NCBI GenBank assembly: GCA_963934935.1
Contig: CAWWAV010000001.1
Span: 1-36,177, forward strand
DNA length: 36,177 nt
Source of the DNA: an uncultured Anaerolineales bacterium
GTDB taxonomy: Bacteria; Chloroflexota; Anaerolineae; Anaerolineales; UBA11657
Direction: 5' to 3'
Under the pieces are notes generated by a model, which saw only the letters and a program-made list of their open reading frames with translations, made no database searches and was not told where the DNA came from. Position 1 is the stretch's first letter; each line of letters begins with the position of its first letter. Below, one piece after another: positions 9,102-18,063 of this stretch. The position numbers were made by a program, and so were the translations under genes.

Positions 9102-9701
9102 ATGCACATAAAAGCACTAATTTTTGATTTTGGCGGTGTTCTAATGCGAACAGTGGATCAGACTCCGCGTCGCCGTTGGGAGATTCGTTATGGGCTTCCT
9201 AAGCTTGGTCTTGCGAAGCTAGTATTTGACAATCCGGTGGCAAGACAGGCAACTATCGGTGATGCACAAAGTTCTGATATCTGGAACTATGTTGGTCTTG
9301 AACTGGGTTTGTCAAATAGTGAACTGACAGATCTAGAAAGTGATTTCTGGAAAGGCGACAAAATAAACATTGCTCTTGTAGATTATGTTAGGAATCATAG
9401 TGTGGCATATCGTCCTTGTATTCTTAGCAATGCTTGGCCAGATGCCCGTGATTTATTCGATTCTATTACGGAGTTGAAAATTTTTGAAGAAATTATAATT
9501 TCTGCTGAAGTCGGGATGGAAAAGCCTGATAGCAGTATTTTTTTGTATGCTTGTGACCAAATCGGAGTGGCTGCCTCAAACGCTGTTTTTGTGGATGACA
9601 TGGTAGAAAATGTTGATGCAGCAATCGATCTAGGTATGCATGGGATATTATTTGAAAATACAGCGCAGACGCTGACTGATCTTAACAAACTTGTTGGGTA
9701 A
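9102..9701 (+). CDS. HAD superfamily hydrolase (subfamily IA-like)
   Basis: Motif I ALIFDFGGVLM, motif II ILSNA, K in MEKPD, motif IV VFVDDMVENVDAA. Confidence 0.8.
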   Translation: MHIKALIFDFGGVLMRTVDQTPRRRWEIRYGLPKLGLAKLVFDNPVARQATIGDAQSSDIWNYVGLELGLSNSELTDLESDFWKGDKINIALVDYVRNHSVAYRPCILSNAWPDARDLFDSITELKIFEEIIISAEVGMEKPDSSIFLYACDQIGVAASNAVFVDDMVENVDAAIDLGMHGILFENTAQTLTDLNKLVG

Positions 9702-9761
9702 CAATACTAGCGTCTATAACATATTGCGAAATTGATATATATTTAGGGTGTTTTAATCTCC

Positions 9762-10334
9762 ATGTGTAATGAAAACCAAATCGTATTAGGTGTGGTAACT
9801 GATTCGCATGTACCAGAACGAATGAAATCAATACCTGAATCAGCTATACAGTGTTTCTATCAGAACGATGTTACAACCATATTGCATGCAGGGGACATAT
9901 GCAATTCTCGTGCACTCACACAATTGGAAAAAGTTGCTCCTGTAATTGCTGTGCGAGGCAATCGAGATATATGGTCGAGTACTGGACGCAGTTTGCCATT
10001 GAGTTTAGTGGTCGAATTTGGTGGAGTCAAAATAGGTCTTACGCATGGACATGGTGGTTTATGGCAGTACTTTTACGAAAAGGTGCTCTATTATACTGTT
10101 GGGTTCTCTTATTCTCGGTATTTCCATAGGTTACATAATGAATTTGCAAACAGTGTTCGTGTAATAGTTTTTGGTCATACTCATCGAATGGTTAATAAAT
10201 GGGTTGATGATAGACTGTTGTTTAATCCAGGTTCTCTTGGGCCTGAATATTATGATTGTAATGGCCCATCAGTGGGAATTTTACGGATAATTGATGGTAG
10301 TATATCTGCGGAAGTATTACCTGTGGGCTATTGA
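9762..10334 (+). CDS. Metallophosphoesterase, YfcE/MJ0936-like
   Basis: Calcineurin-like motifs GVVTDSH, HAGDI, VRGNRD, LTHGH and VFGHTH. Confidence 0.8.
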   Translation: MCNENQIVLGVVTDSHVPERMKSIPESAIQCFYQNDVTTILHAGDICNSRALTQLEKVAPVIAVRGNRDIWSSTGRSLPLSLVVEFGGVKIGLTHGHGGLWQYFYEKVLYYTVGFSYSRYFHRLHNEFANSVRVIVFGHTHRMVNKWVDDRLLFNPGSLGPEYYDCNGPSVGILRIIDGSISAEVLPVGY

Positions 10335-10335
10335 G

Positions 10336-10364
10336 TTGACCTTATTGTATCTATGTGATAACAT
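10336..10364 (+). promoter_or_regulatory. Putative sigma-70-type promoter of the his operon (TTGACC-N17-TGaTAACAT)
   Basis: -35 TTGACC at 10336-10341, a 17-nt spacer, then an extended -10 TG-a-TAACAT at 10356-10364. The predicted TSS is about 10370-10372, next to the leader ATG. Confidence 0.4.
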
Positions 10365-10372
10365 GGGCGACA

Positions 10373-10417
10373 ATGTTTATTAAAGTAATTCATCATCATA
10401 GGAGAATACCCACGTAA
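10373..10417 (+). CDS. Putative his operon leader peptide MFIKVIHHHRRIPT
   Basis: A 14-codon ORF with three consecutive CAT His codons (10391-10399) followed by AGG AGA. It lies between the promoter-like element and a strong terminator directly upstream of hisG. No SD. Confidence 0.5.
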   Translation: MFIKVIHHHRRIPT

Positions 10418-10458
10418 TCGGACGCGGCGGGCTAGGCCCCTATTAAATTATTGATTTC

Positions 10459-10494
10459 ACACCTACTCAGCGTCTCGGGTAGGTGTTTTTTTTT
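10459..10494 (+). terminator. Intrinsic terminator / attenuator in the his leader
   Basis: A 10-bp stem ACACCTACTC / GGGTAGGTGT (one G-U) with the 8-nt loop AGCGTCTC, followed by 9 consecutive T. It ends 10 nt before the hisG ATG. Confidence 0.7.
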
Positions 10495-10504
10495 GGGAGA
10501 TTAT

Positions 10505-11518
10505 ATGCAACATACAGAAATTAGACTTGGATTGCCAAGCAAAGGTAGGCTTGAAAGTGGCTCACTGGACTTTCTCAGTAGTTGTGGGCTTCAAGTACAC
10601 AAACCAAATCCTCGCCAGTATCAGGCGACAATACCAGTTGTGCCTGGTCTTAGGGTTATATTCCAAAGACCGGGAGATATTGTTGTGGGAGTAAGGAATG
10701 GGAGTCTCGATTTTGGTATTACCGGTTTGGATATCGTGTTAGAACAGATGGAACTAAGTGATGCCATAGTAATTTTGCATGATGAGCTGGGATTTGGTCG
10801 TTGTACTTTGCAAATTGCAGTTCCAGATGAGTGGACCGAGGTGCAATCATTAAATGACTTAGGCAATTACGCTAAGACTATCCCTGACAGATTAAGAGTG
10901 GCAACCAAGTATCCGAGTTTGACAAGGGAGTTTTTGATTGAAAATGGATTGCCTGATTGTGACCTAATTAGTGCTGAGGGTACACTAGAAGTCGCTCCTA
11001 CTATTGGTTATGCTGATGTTATAGCTGACTTGGTGTCTTCTGGTCAGACCTTGCGTGATAATAGGTTGCGGACTCTTGACAATGGTAATATTCTTCTATC
11101 CCAAGCTGCGTTGATTGGAAATAGTGATAGTCTGCACACCAGATCATCTGTGTTGAAAGTAGCTCGCCACGTATTGGAATTAGCAGAAGCTTACTTGCGT
11201 GCAGAAAAATATTGTACGGTTGTTGCAAACATGCGCGAGGAATCGCCAGAAGCTGTTGCACACAAAATGTTTTCTGAGATCAACTTAGGTGGATTACAGG
11301 GTCCAACAATCTCTCGAGTGATTACGCCTGGCGATGGGGATAATATGTGCTCTGTAGAGGTGGTTGTGCTTAAAGACAAATTAGTCGAAGTAATACATGC
11401 TTTGCGCAGTATTGGCGGAAGTGGAGTAGTCGTTACACCTGTTAGTTATGTCTTTGAAGAAGAACCAGAACGATATGAGGCTTTGCTAGAAAAATTAGGA
11501 CGTAAAGATCATGATTGA
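10505..11518 (+). CDS. hisG: ATP phosphoribosyltransferase, long form with C-terminal regulatory domain
   Basis: Motifs RLGLPSKGRL and ADLVSSGQTLRDNRL, plus a roughly 90-aa C-terminal HisG_C-like extension. ATG 10505 has SD GGGAGA; the ORF-track TTG at 10451 would run through the terminator. Confidence 0.9.
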   Translation: MQHTEIRLGLPSKGRLESGSLDFLSSCGLQVHKPNPRQYQATIPVVPGLRVIFQRPGDIVVGVRNGSLDFGITGLDIVLEQMELSDAIVILHDELGFGRCTLQIAVPDEWTEVQSLNDLGNYAKTIPDRLRVATKYPSLTREFLIENGLPDCDLISAEGTLEVAPTIGYADVIADLVSSGQTLRDNRLRTLDNGNILLSQAALIGNSDSLHTRSSVLKVARHVLELAEAYLRAEKYCTVVANMREESPEAVAHKMFSEINLGGLQGPTISRVITPGDGDNMCSVEVVVLKDKLVEVIHALRSIGGSGVVVTPVSYVFEEEPERYEALLEKLGRKDHD

Positions 11519-12836
11519 AATCATCGAGGATTTGCAGGTAGCGAAAAGCACAATTCTCCACAGAAGTTATAAGCCTACTGATTATCCGGATCATGTATTA
11601 AGCGGAGTTGAGAAAATCTTCGGAGATGGTGTTTCTCCTGAAGATGCTGTTGCACGTATCCTTTCTGATGTACGAGACAATGGAGATGTTGCACTTCGAT
11701 CATGGTCTGAACGTATAGATGGCATTGTGCCAGACCCATTTCAAGTTACCCAAAACGATTTGAGTGCAGGACGCGAATTTATTTCAGCTGAAACAATACA
11801 GGCTATGGAATTAGCGTTGGATCGTATACGTACTTTTCACAGCTTGCAGCCAGTATCTGATTGGGAAACTAAAGAATTAGGCGGGATGATGGGCCAACGC
11901 ATGATTCCATTGGAGAGAGTAGGGGTTTATGTGCCAAGCGGTACTGCTTCTCTACCATCTTCTTTGCTTATGGCAGCCATTCCGGCTAAGGTTGCCGGTG
12001 TTCAGGAAATTATTGTTTGTACACCACCTGGAAAAGAAGGCAATCAAGTTGCAGGCGTAATATTAGCCGCAGCTCATATGCTGGGTATAGAGAAGGTTTA
12101 TCAATTGGGGGGTGCTCAAGCAATCGCTGCTATGGCTTATGGTACTGAAACAGTACCGCGTGTAGACAAAATTGTTGGTCCTGGGAATATATTTGTCACA
12201 TTAGCTAAACAGCAAGTATTTGGTCAGGTGGGTATAGACGGATTGTTTGGCCCAACCGAGACAGTTATTGTTGCTGATGAAGCTGCCAATCCGGAGTGGG
12301 TAGCGGCAGATTTGCTTGCGCAAGCAGAACATGATGTACTAGCTACAGCAATTCTGATTACTCCGTCGTTACAGTTGGCACAGTTAGTTAAAGCGGCCAT
12401 CACAGACAAAATAGTCACTTTAAAGCGGAAGAAAATAGTGGAACAGTCACTTATAGATCGAGGTGGAATAGTCATCGTTCCTGATATTGAATCTGCAGTA
12501 TCTATTGCTGACGAATATGCACCGGAACATCTGTGTCTTTATCTAGATGATGCTGATCAATGGGCAAACAGTGTTCAGAATGCCGGTTGTCTTTTTGTTG
12601 GACAATATTCTTGCGAGGTTATGGTTGATTATGTTGCTGGACCCAATCACATTCTTCCAACCGGAGGAACAGCCAGATTTTCATCGCCATTAAATGTGCT
12701 GGATTTCATCAAAATAATGAGTGTTGTTACCCTAGATGAAAAGACTTCCAATTCACTTATAGAGCCAGCTGCAAAGATTGCGTTGGCCGAGTTGCTCGAT
12801 GCACATGCTCTTGCGGCTCTAGAAAGAAAACCGTAG
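11511..12836 (+). CDS. hisD: Histidinol dehydrogenase
   Basis: Motifs VGPGNIFV and LLAQAEHD, and typical length. The ATG overlaps the hisG stop (ATGATTGA). Confidence 0.95.
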   Translation: MIEIIEDLQVAKSTILHRSYKPTDYPDHVLSGVEKIFGDGVSPEDAVARILSDVRDNGDVALRSWSERIDGIVPDPFQVTQNDLSAGREFISAETIQAMELALDRIRTFHSLQPVSDWETKELGGMMGQRMIPLERVGVYVPSGTASLPSSLLMAAIPAKVAGVQEIIVCTPPGKEGNQVAGVILAAAHMLGIEKVYQLGGAQAIAAMAYGTETVPRVDKIVGPGNIFVTLAKQQVFGQVGIDGLFGPTETVIVADEAANPEWVAADLLAQAEHDVLATAILITPSLQLAQLVKAAITDKIVTLKRKKIVEQSLIDRGGIVIVPDIESAVSIADEYAPEHLCLYLDDADQWANSVQNAGCLFVGQYSCEVMVDYVAGPNHILPTGGTARFSSPLNVLDFIKIMSVVTLDEKTSNSLIEPAAKIALAELLDAHALAALERKP

Positions 12837-12852
12837 ACAATAAACACTATTT

Positions 12853-13983
12853 ATGAAGACCTCAACTCCAAACACAACCGGCGGCACGAATCCCACTAGT
12901 ATGTTACGTAGCACAGTACGTGCTATAGAGCCTTATGTGCCTATATTGCCATTCGAAGTCTTGGCAGATCGTCTAGAACGTCCTATTGAGGAGATTATTA
13001 AACTCGATGCAAATGAAAATCTATATGGTCCCAGTCCGTTAGTGCGTGATGCTCTAGCTGATTTGGATTTTCCACACATCTATCCTGATCCCGAGAATCG
13101 CGCACTTCGTAACGCCCTTTCCGATTTTACAGGTGTTCCTTCCGAAAACATATTTGCTGGTGCAGGAGCTGACGAGATCATCGATCTAACTATGCGATTG
13201 TTCATAGACCAGGGTGACAACATAATTGATTGTCCGCCAACATTTGGTATGTACTCGTTTGATGCAGCTGTGAATGGAGCTGAGACTATCGTCATAGAGC
13301 GCAAAGATGATTTCACTCTTGACCTAGAAGCAATTGTAGAAGCTGTATCGGTATATTCGCCAAAGTTGTTATTTTTAACTTCTCCAAACAATCCAGATGG
13401 AGGTCTTATATCAGATGAAGAATTGCGCACTTTACTAGCATTACCAATTATTGTAATTCTGGATGAAGCATATATTGAATTTGCTGGTATTGAAAACTCT
13501 CGTATCGATTGGGTATTGGAACATGAAAACTTGATAGTTCTAAGGACTTTTAGTAAGTGGGCTGGTTTGGCTGGTCTGAGGGTAGGTTACGGCGCATTTT
13601 CTGTAAGATTGTTAAAAGAGCTTTGGAAGATAAAGCAACCCTATAATGTTAGCGTTGCCGCAACTGAAGCAGCGCTGGTTTCGTTAGATGATAGTGTCAA
13701 CCTTTTACAAGTAGTTTCGGAAATCAGGTCGGAACGTAAGCGTTTATCTCAGATGCTTAGTGGATTGCCATTCGTATTTCCTTATCCAAGCCACGGTAAT
13801 TTTGTGCTTTGTCAGGTGAAAGGCATTAGTGCTTTGGAACTACAGCAAGCCTTGAGTGCAGCAGGTATTCTTGTTCGTTATTTTGATAAACCCAGATTAC
13901 GGGATCATATTCGGATTTCGGTAGGACTTCCGCAGCATACTGATGTTTTGGAGACAATATTGTCTAGGATTTCCACCGAGTGA
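12853..13983 (+). CDS. hisC: Histidinol-phosphate aminotransferase
   Basis: Motifs LDANENLYGPSP and SPNNPDG, and the PLP-lysine motif TFSKWAGLAGLRVGY. The start could instead be ATG 12901. Confidence 0.9.
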   Translation: MKTSTPNTTGGTNPTSMLRSTVRAIEPYVPILPFEVLADRLERPIEEIIKLDANENLYGPSPLVRDALADLDFPHIYPDPENRALRNALSDFTGVPSENIFAGAGADEIIDLTMRLFIDQGDNIIDCPPTFGMYSFDAAVNGAETIVIERKDDFTLDLEAIVEAVSVYSPKLLFLTSPNNPDGGLISDEELRTLLALPIIVILDEAYIEFAGIENSRIDWVLEHENLIVLRTFSKWAGLAGLRVGYGAFSVRLLKELWKIKQPYNVSVAATEAALVSLDDSVNLLQVVSEIRSERKRLSQMLSGLPFVFPYPSHGNFVLCQVKGISALELQQALSAAGILVRYFDKPRLRDHIRISVGLPQHTDVLETILSRISTE

Positions 13984-14040
13984 ATGAATAATTGTGTAAG
14001 TGAAAAACCACCATATAAAAGAGGTTAATGGAGGCAATTA

Positions 14041-14628
14041 ATGCGACAAGCTACTGTGAATAGGAAAACTTCTGAGACTACAATCGAGATTGCTCTAAAT
14101 ATAGAGGGTAGTGGTAAGCATAATATATCGACTGGCATAGGATTTTTAGATCATATGCTTACTCATATTGCTGTCCACGGTTTGTTTGATCTTAACATCA
14201 ATACTAAGGGTGATCTAGAGGTTGATGTGCACCATACCATAGAGGACACTGCGCTTGTGTTGGGGCAAGCCTTTGACCAGGCTTTGGGAGAACGCAAGGG
14301 GATAATGCGAATGGGAACAGCTTTTGTACCTATGGATGAGGCGTTGGCGAACGTAGTAATTGATTTGTCAGGTCGACCGTATACTGTTATGCAGGCTCAA
14401 TGGCATACCTCAACTATAGGAGCTTTACCCACTAGTTTGATCAAACACTTTTTTGAATCTTTGTCGGTTAGTATGCGAGCGAACATTCATGCAAGGGTGC
14501 TTTATGGAATTGATGATCATCATCAGGTTGAAGCGCTTTTCAAAGCTCTGGCATTAGCCCTGGATACTGCAACTCAGTTAGATGATCGAAGGATGAATAT
14601 AGTTCCCAGTACTAAAGGTAGTCTGTGA
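14041..14628 (+). CDS. hisB: Imidazoleglycerol-phosphate dehydratase (monofunctional, no phosphatase domain)
   Basis: 195 aa with [15 protein letters not shown] and [21 protein letters not shown] upstream. Confidence 0.95.
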   Translation: MRQATVNRKTSETTIEIALNIEGSGKHNISTGIGFLDHMLTHIAVHGLFDLNINTKGDLEVDVHHTIEDTALVLGQAFDQALGERKGIMRMGTAFVPMDEALANVVIDLSGRPYTVMQAQWHTSTIGALPTSLIKHFFESLSVSMRANIHARVLYGIDDHHQVEALFKALALALDTATQLDDRRMNIVPSTKGSL

Positions 14629-14678
14629 CTATGGATCAGAAACTACATATATTGATTTACGAGGGGAAATAACTTATC

Positions 14679-15290
14679 TTGAAAAGTCATATTGCATTAA
14701 TTGATCATGGTGTAGGCAATCTGCGCTCAGTAGAAAAGGCTTTGGCTGCAGTTGGTGCAAATGTATCTCTGACGCGAGATCCGGATGTGATAGTTTCAGC
14801 AGATAAGCTAGTGCTGCCTGGTGTGGGGGCCTTTGGTGATTGTATGAATGGATTACGTGAGAGCGGCACTCTGGAACTTGTGCGGTCTTTGGCCGTAGAA
14901 AGACCGTTTTTAGGAATATGCGTCGGTATGCAAATGTTATTTGAAACTAGTGATGAAATGGGTAGTCATAGGGGGTTAGGTTTGCTCCCGGGATTTGTTA
15001 CTAGGTTTAAGGATAGTGACATTCGCATACCGCACACAGGATGGAATCAATTGGAGATCGCTATCGAACATCCCTTGTTGGAAGGTATATACACCGGAAG
15101 TTATGCGTACTTTAATCATAGTTATTTCTGCACACCGACTAATTTGAAAGATGTGTTGTCGTATACTGAGTATGGAGCTAAATTTTGCTCAATTATTGGC
15201 CGTGATCGTTTGTATGGGATTCAATGTCATCCTGAAAAGAGCCAAGATATTGGGTTACAGATTTTGCGTAATTTTGTAGAAAAAGGATAA
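14679..15290 (+). CDS. hisH: Imidazole glycerol phosphate synthase, glutamine amidotransferase subunit
   Basis: Motifs IALIDHGVGNL, nucleophile elbow LGICVGMQ, and CHPEKS. TTG start with GAGGGGA SD 9 nt upstream. Confidence 0.9.
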   Translation: MKSHIALIDHGVGNLRSVEKALAAVGANVSLTRDPDVIVSADKLVLPGVGAFGDCMNGLRESGTLELVRSLAVERPFLGICVGMQMLFETSDEMGSHRGLGLLPGFVTRFKDSDIRIPHTGWNQLEIAIEHPLLEGIYTGSYAYFNHSYFCTPTNLKDVLSYTEYGAKFCSIIGRDRLYGIQCHPEKSQDIGLQILRNFVEKG

Positions 15291-15295
15291 CATCG

Positions 15296-16033
15296 ATGAC
15301 AGAGTTTACAGTCTATCCGGCTATTGATTTGCGTAATGGTACAGTGGTAAGGTTGAGACAGGGAGATCCTGATCAACAAACAACGTACTCTACTGATCCG
15401 CTTAATACTGCCAAAGGTTGGGTGAATTCAGGAGCAGATTGGTTACATGTGGTGAGCTTGGATGGTGCCTTTGGCGATTCGGGTTTTGCTAACATGAAGG
15501 CTTTGGCCCAAGTAATAGAATCTGGAGCTCGAGTACAGTTTGGAGGTGGACTGCGTGATTTAGATTCGATTCAACATGTACTTGATTTGGGAGTAAGCCG
15601 GGTAGTTTTAGGAACCGTTGCAGTAACCAGTCCTCAAATTGTTGATACAGCCCTAGCTTTGTTTGGTTCAGAAAAAATTGCGATTGGTATTGATGCCCGC
15701 AATGGGGTAGTGAAAGTGAAGGGCTGGCAGGAAGAGACAACATATACAGCGGTGCAACTGGCCGAACGTTTAAAGATTCAGGGTGTAAGATGGATGGTGT
15801 TCACAGATATATCCCGTGATGGGGTTGGTACTGGTCTAAATCTAGAAGCGACTATCTCACTGGCTGACAGAACTGGATTAAACGTAATTGCTTCTGGGGG
15901 TGTGAATACATCATCGGATGTGCTCGACGCCCAATCATCTGGACTTGCTGGAGCAATAGTTGGTCGTGCACTTTATGAAGGCAGGATTGATCTTGATCAG
16001 TTGTTGGACAATGTTAGGAAAAGTAAATGTTAG
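15296..16033 (+). CDS. hisA: ProFAR isomerase (1-(5-phosphoribosyl)-5-[(5-phosphoribosylamino)methylideneamino]imidazole-4-carboxamide isomerase)
   Basis: Motifs [20 protein letters not shown] and IVGRALYEG. Confidence 0.9.
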   Translation: MTEFTVYPAIDLRNGTVVRLRQGDPDQQTTYSTDPLNTAKGWVNSGADWLHVVSLDGAFGDSGFANMKALAQVIESGARVQFGGGLRDLDSIQHVLDLGVSRVVLGTVAVTSPQIVDTALALFGSEKIAIGIDARNGVVKVKGWQEETTYTAVQLAERLKIQGVRWMVFTDISRDGVGTGLNLEATISLADRTGLNVIASGGVNTSSDVLDAQSSGLAGAIVGRALYEGRIDLDQLLDNVRKSKC

Positions 16034-16806
16034 CCAAACGAATTATCCCTTGTCTTGATGTAAAAGATGGTCGTGTGGTAAAGGGTGTCAACTTTGTTAA
16101 TTTGCGTGATGCAGGTGACCCAGTTGAACAAGCACGCATTTACGATCGAATGGGTGCAGACGAACTTGTATTTTTGGATATTTCTGCAACTTATCGGGGA
16201 CATCAGACAGTGATTGATATAGTTCGTTCCGTGGCCGACCAAGTATTTATGCCACTTACTGTCGGTGGTGGTATAAGGACCGTCAGTGATATGCGTGATC
16301 TTCTTCTGGCTGGTGCTGATAAGGTGAGTGTTAATTCGGCGGCGCTAGCCAATCCAGAACTGCTTGTTGATGCTTCAGAGCGTTTTGGTAGTCAATGTAT
16401 CGTCCTTGCGATTGATGCAAGGGCAACAACGAACGACGACAGTGTATTAAGTGCACAAAAATGGGAAGTATTTGTTAGTGGAGGACGTGAAAATACCGGA
16501 ATCGATGTGCTGGAATGGGCAGAGCGCGGTGTGTCTTTAGGAGCAGGTGAGATATTGCTCACGAGTATGAATACTGATGGAGTAATGGATGGTTTCGATA
16601 TGGAATTAACTCACACGGTTGCAAATCTTGTCAATGTTCCTGTGATAGCTAGTGGTGGAGCTGGAAAAACTTCGCATTTTGCTGAAATATTGGGAGACGG
16701 GTGTGCAGCGGCAGCCCTTGCTGCCTCTGTGTTTCATGACGAAATATTGACGATATCTGAAGTTAAACAATTCTTATCCGAAGCTGGTATTGCAGTGAGG
16801 TTGTAA
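16027..16806 (+). CDS. hisF: Imidazole glycerol phosphate synthase, cyclase subunit
   Basis: Motifs [31 protein letters not shown] and ASGGAG. Overlaps hisA by 7 nt. Confidence 0.95.
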   Translation: MLAKRIIPCLDVKDGRVVKGVNFVNLRDAGDPVEQARIYDRMGADELVFLDISATYRGHQTVIDIVRSVADQVFMPLTVGGGIRTVSDMRDLLLAGADKVSVNSAALANPELLVDASERFGSQCIVLAIDARATTNDDSVLSAQKWEVFVSGGRENTGIDVLEWAERGVSLGAGEILLTSMNTDGVMDGFDMELTHTVANLVNVPVIASGGAGKTSHFAEILGDGCAAAALAASVFHDEILTISEVKQFLSEAGIAVRL

Positions 16807-16808
16807 AC

Positions 16809-17123
16809 ATGGAAAATCTCAAATTTGACGCGAATGGTTTGATCACCGCTGTTGTGCAAGATGATGCAGAAGGTGAAGTTCTAATGGTTGCCTGGATGAA
16901 TGCTAAGGCAATTAGATTAACCAAAGAGACAGGCGAAGCACATTTTTGGAGTCGGAGTCGCGAAGAAATTTGGCGTAAAGGATCAACTTCAGGGAACGTC
17001 ATGAAAGTAGTCAAATTATTGGTTGATTGTGACCAAGACACTATTCTTGTGCAAGTTAATCCAAGTGGCCCGGCTTGTCATACTGGAGAAGTGTCCTGTT
17101 TTTTTCAGGAGCTACGCGATTGA
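16809..17123 (+). CDS. hisI: Phosphoribosyl-AMP cyclohydrolase (stand-alone)
   Basis: 104 aa with GLITAVVQD, WSRSR, DCDQDTILVQV and GPACHTGEVSCF. Confidence 0.9.
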   Translation: MENLKFDANGLITAVVQDDAEGEVLMVAWMNAKAIRLTKETGEAHFWSRSREEIWRKGSTSGNVMKVVKLLVDCDQDTILVQVNPSGPACHTGEVSCFFQELRD

Positions 17124-17764
17124 ATAGCTTTCGAAAGCCTGTAATAAAGAAATTTCTGCGGGATTTTGCCACCATCCAAGTGGGCTTTGCTTTTTTTGCT
17201 TTTGCAATTGCTATTGTAATTCGTGCGAACATTGGAGCCACTTCGTGGGCAGTTTTAGAAGTTGCACTTGCAGGAATGTTTAACATCACTCCAGGTACAG
17301 CTACGGTCATGGTTGCTGCGACTGTGCTTTTGCTAGCACTTACTTTGCGGGAGCCAATTGGTTGGGGTACTGTAGCTAACATTATGAGCATAGGTCCCTG
17401 GTTGGATTTGTTTCTGTCGTTGATACCAGAAGTCAACGCTAATTTACCTTTACAATTGTTATTTGTGGCTGTAGGTGTAAGTTCTATGAGTTTGGGTAGT
17501 GCGATATATATTGGAGTTAATGCAGGAGCTGGACCACGTGATAGTTTGATGATGGCTATTGCTCGTACCACTCCACTAGATGTGCGCACCGCTCGGGGAA
17601 TCATTGAATCAACAGCAGTGCTTATTGGCTGGATGTTAGGTGGTCCATTAGGAGTAGGTACTATATTGTTTGCAATACTAATTGGGCCTGGTGTACAACT
17701 TGCTTTTCGTTTATTTAACATGGAAACATATGCTCGAAAGAATCTAAAGCAATCTAGTCCCTAA
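17120..17764 (+). CDS. YczE/DUF6198-like polytopic membrane protein embedded in the his operon
   Basis: About 6 TM segments. Motifs IGATSWAVLEVAL and GAGPRDSLMMAIAR resemble the YczE (COG2364) family as recalled. Proposed TTG start at 17120 overlaps the hisI TGA (TTGA), with AGGAG 8 nt upstream. Confidence 0.65.
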   Translation: MNSFRKPVIKKFLRDFATIQVGFAFFAFAIAIVIRANIGATSWAVLEVALAGMFNITPGTATVMVAATVLLLALTLREPIGWGTVANIMSIGPWLDLFLSLIPEVNANLPLQLLFVAVGVSSMSLGSAIYIGVNAGAGPRDSLMMAIARTTPLDVRTARGIIESTAVLIGWMLGGPLGVGTILFAILIGPGVQLAFRLFNMETYARKNLKQSSP

Positions 17765-17784
17765 ATGGAATAAGGTGAACAAAT

Positions 17785-18063
17785 ATGAGTTTTCTTTACG
17801 AACTACAGCAAATTATTGAGCAACGGAAATTGCATCCGATTGATAGCTCATATACTACTAGCTTATTTAATGCTGGTGAAGATGAAATTGCTAAGAAGAT
17901 TGGTGAGGAGGCTGTAGAGCTGATATTAGCTGTAAAAGGCCAAGGGGATGAACGTGTTGTCTCAGAAACCGCTGATCTTCTGTATCATGTAATTGTGCTA
18001 TTGGCGCAATGCGGATTGACATTAGAGTCGGTAGAAAAGGAACTGCAGCGGAGAAAGCGTTGA
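17785..18063 (+). CDS. hisE: Phosphoribosyl-ATP pyrophosphohydrolase (stand-alone)
   Basis: 92 aa MazG-like: SYTTSLF, KIGEEAVELILA and ETADLLYHVIVLL. Confidence 0.9.
   Translation: MSFLYELQQIIEQRKLHPIDSSYTTSLFNAGEDEIAKKIGEEAVELILAVKGQGDERVVSETADLLYHVIVLLAQCGLTLESVEKELQRRKR

Noticed and set aside
10451-10504. ORF-track start (TTG 10451) giving an 18-aa N-terminal extension of HisG
   Set aside because: The extension would be translated through the terminator stem and T9 run (giving CFFLG). ATG 10505 has a GGGAGA SD, and the conserved HisG N-terminus (RLGLPSKGRL) follows immediately.
10340-10504. T-box riboswitch as the his operon regulator
   Set aside because: The leader is only about 130 nt. 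I could not find the conserved T-box sequence (AGGGUGGUACCGCG-like) or a specifier-loop architecture. The HHH mini-ORF plus terminator fits peptide-mediated attenuation better. An Rfam scan would settle it.
17056-17721. 221-aa ORF on the minus strand
   Set aside because: It lies entirely antisense to the YczE-like membrane gene. The plus-strand frame has coherent TM segments, family-like motifs, a strong SD and operon context. The minus frame is a low-complexity A/I/P/T-rich shadow typical of the reverse complement of hydrophobic coding sequence.
18009-18059. ATG 18009 as the start of the HAD-like gene (51-nt overlap with hisE)
   Set aside because: The extension (MRIDIRVGRKGTAAEKA) is read out of frame over conserved hisE codons. 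TTG 18060 has an SD and puts HAD motif I at the expected position near the N-terminus. This remains an inference.
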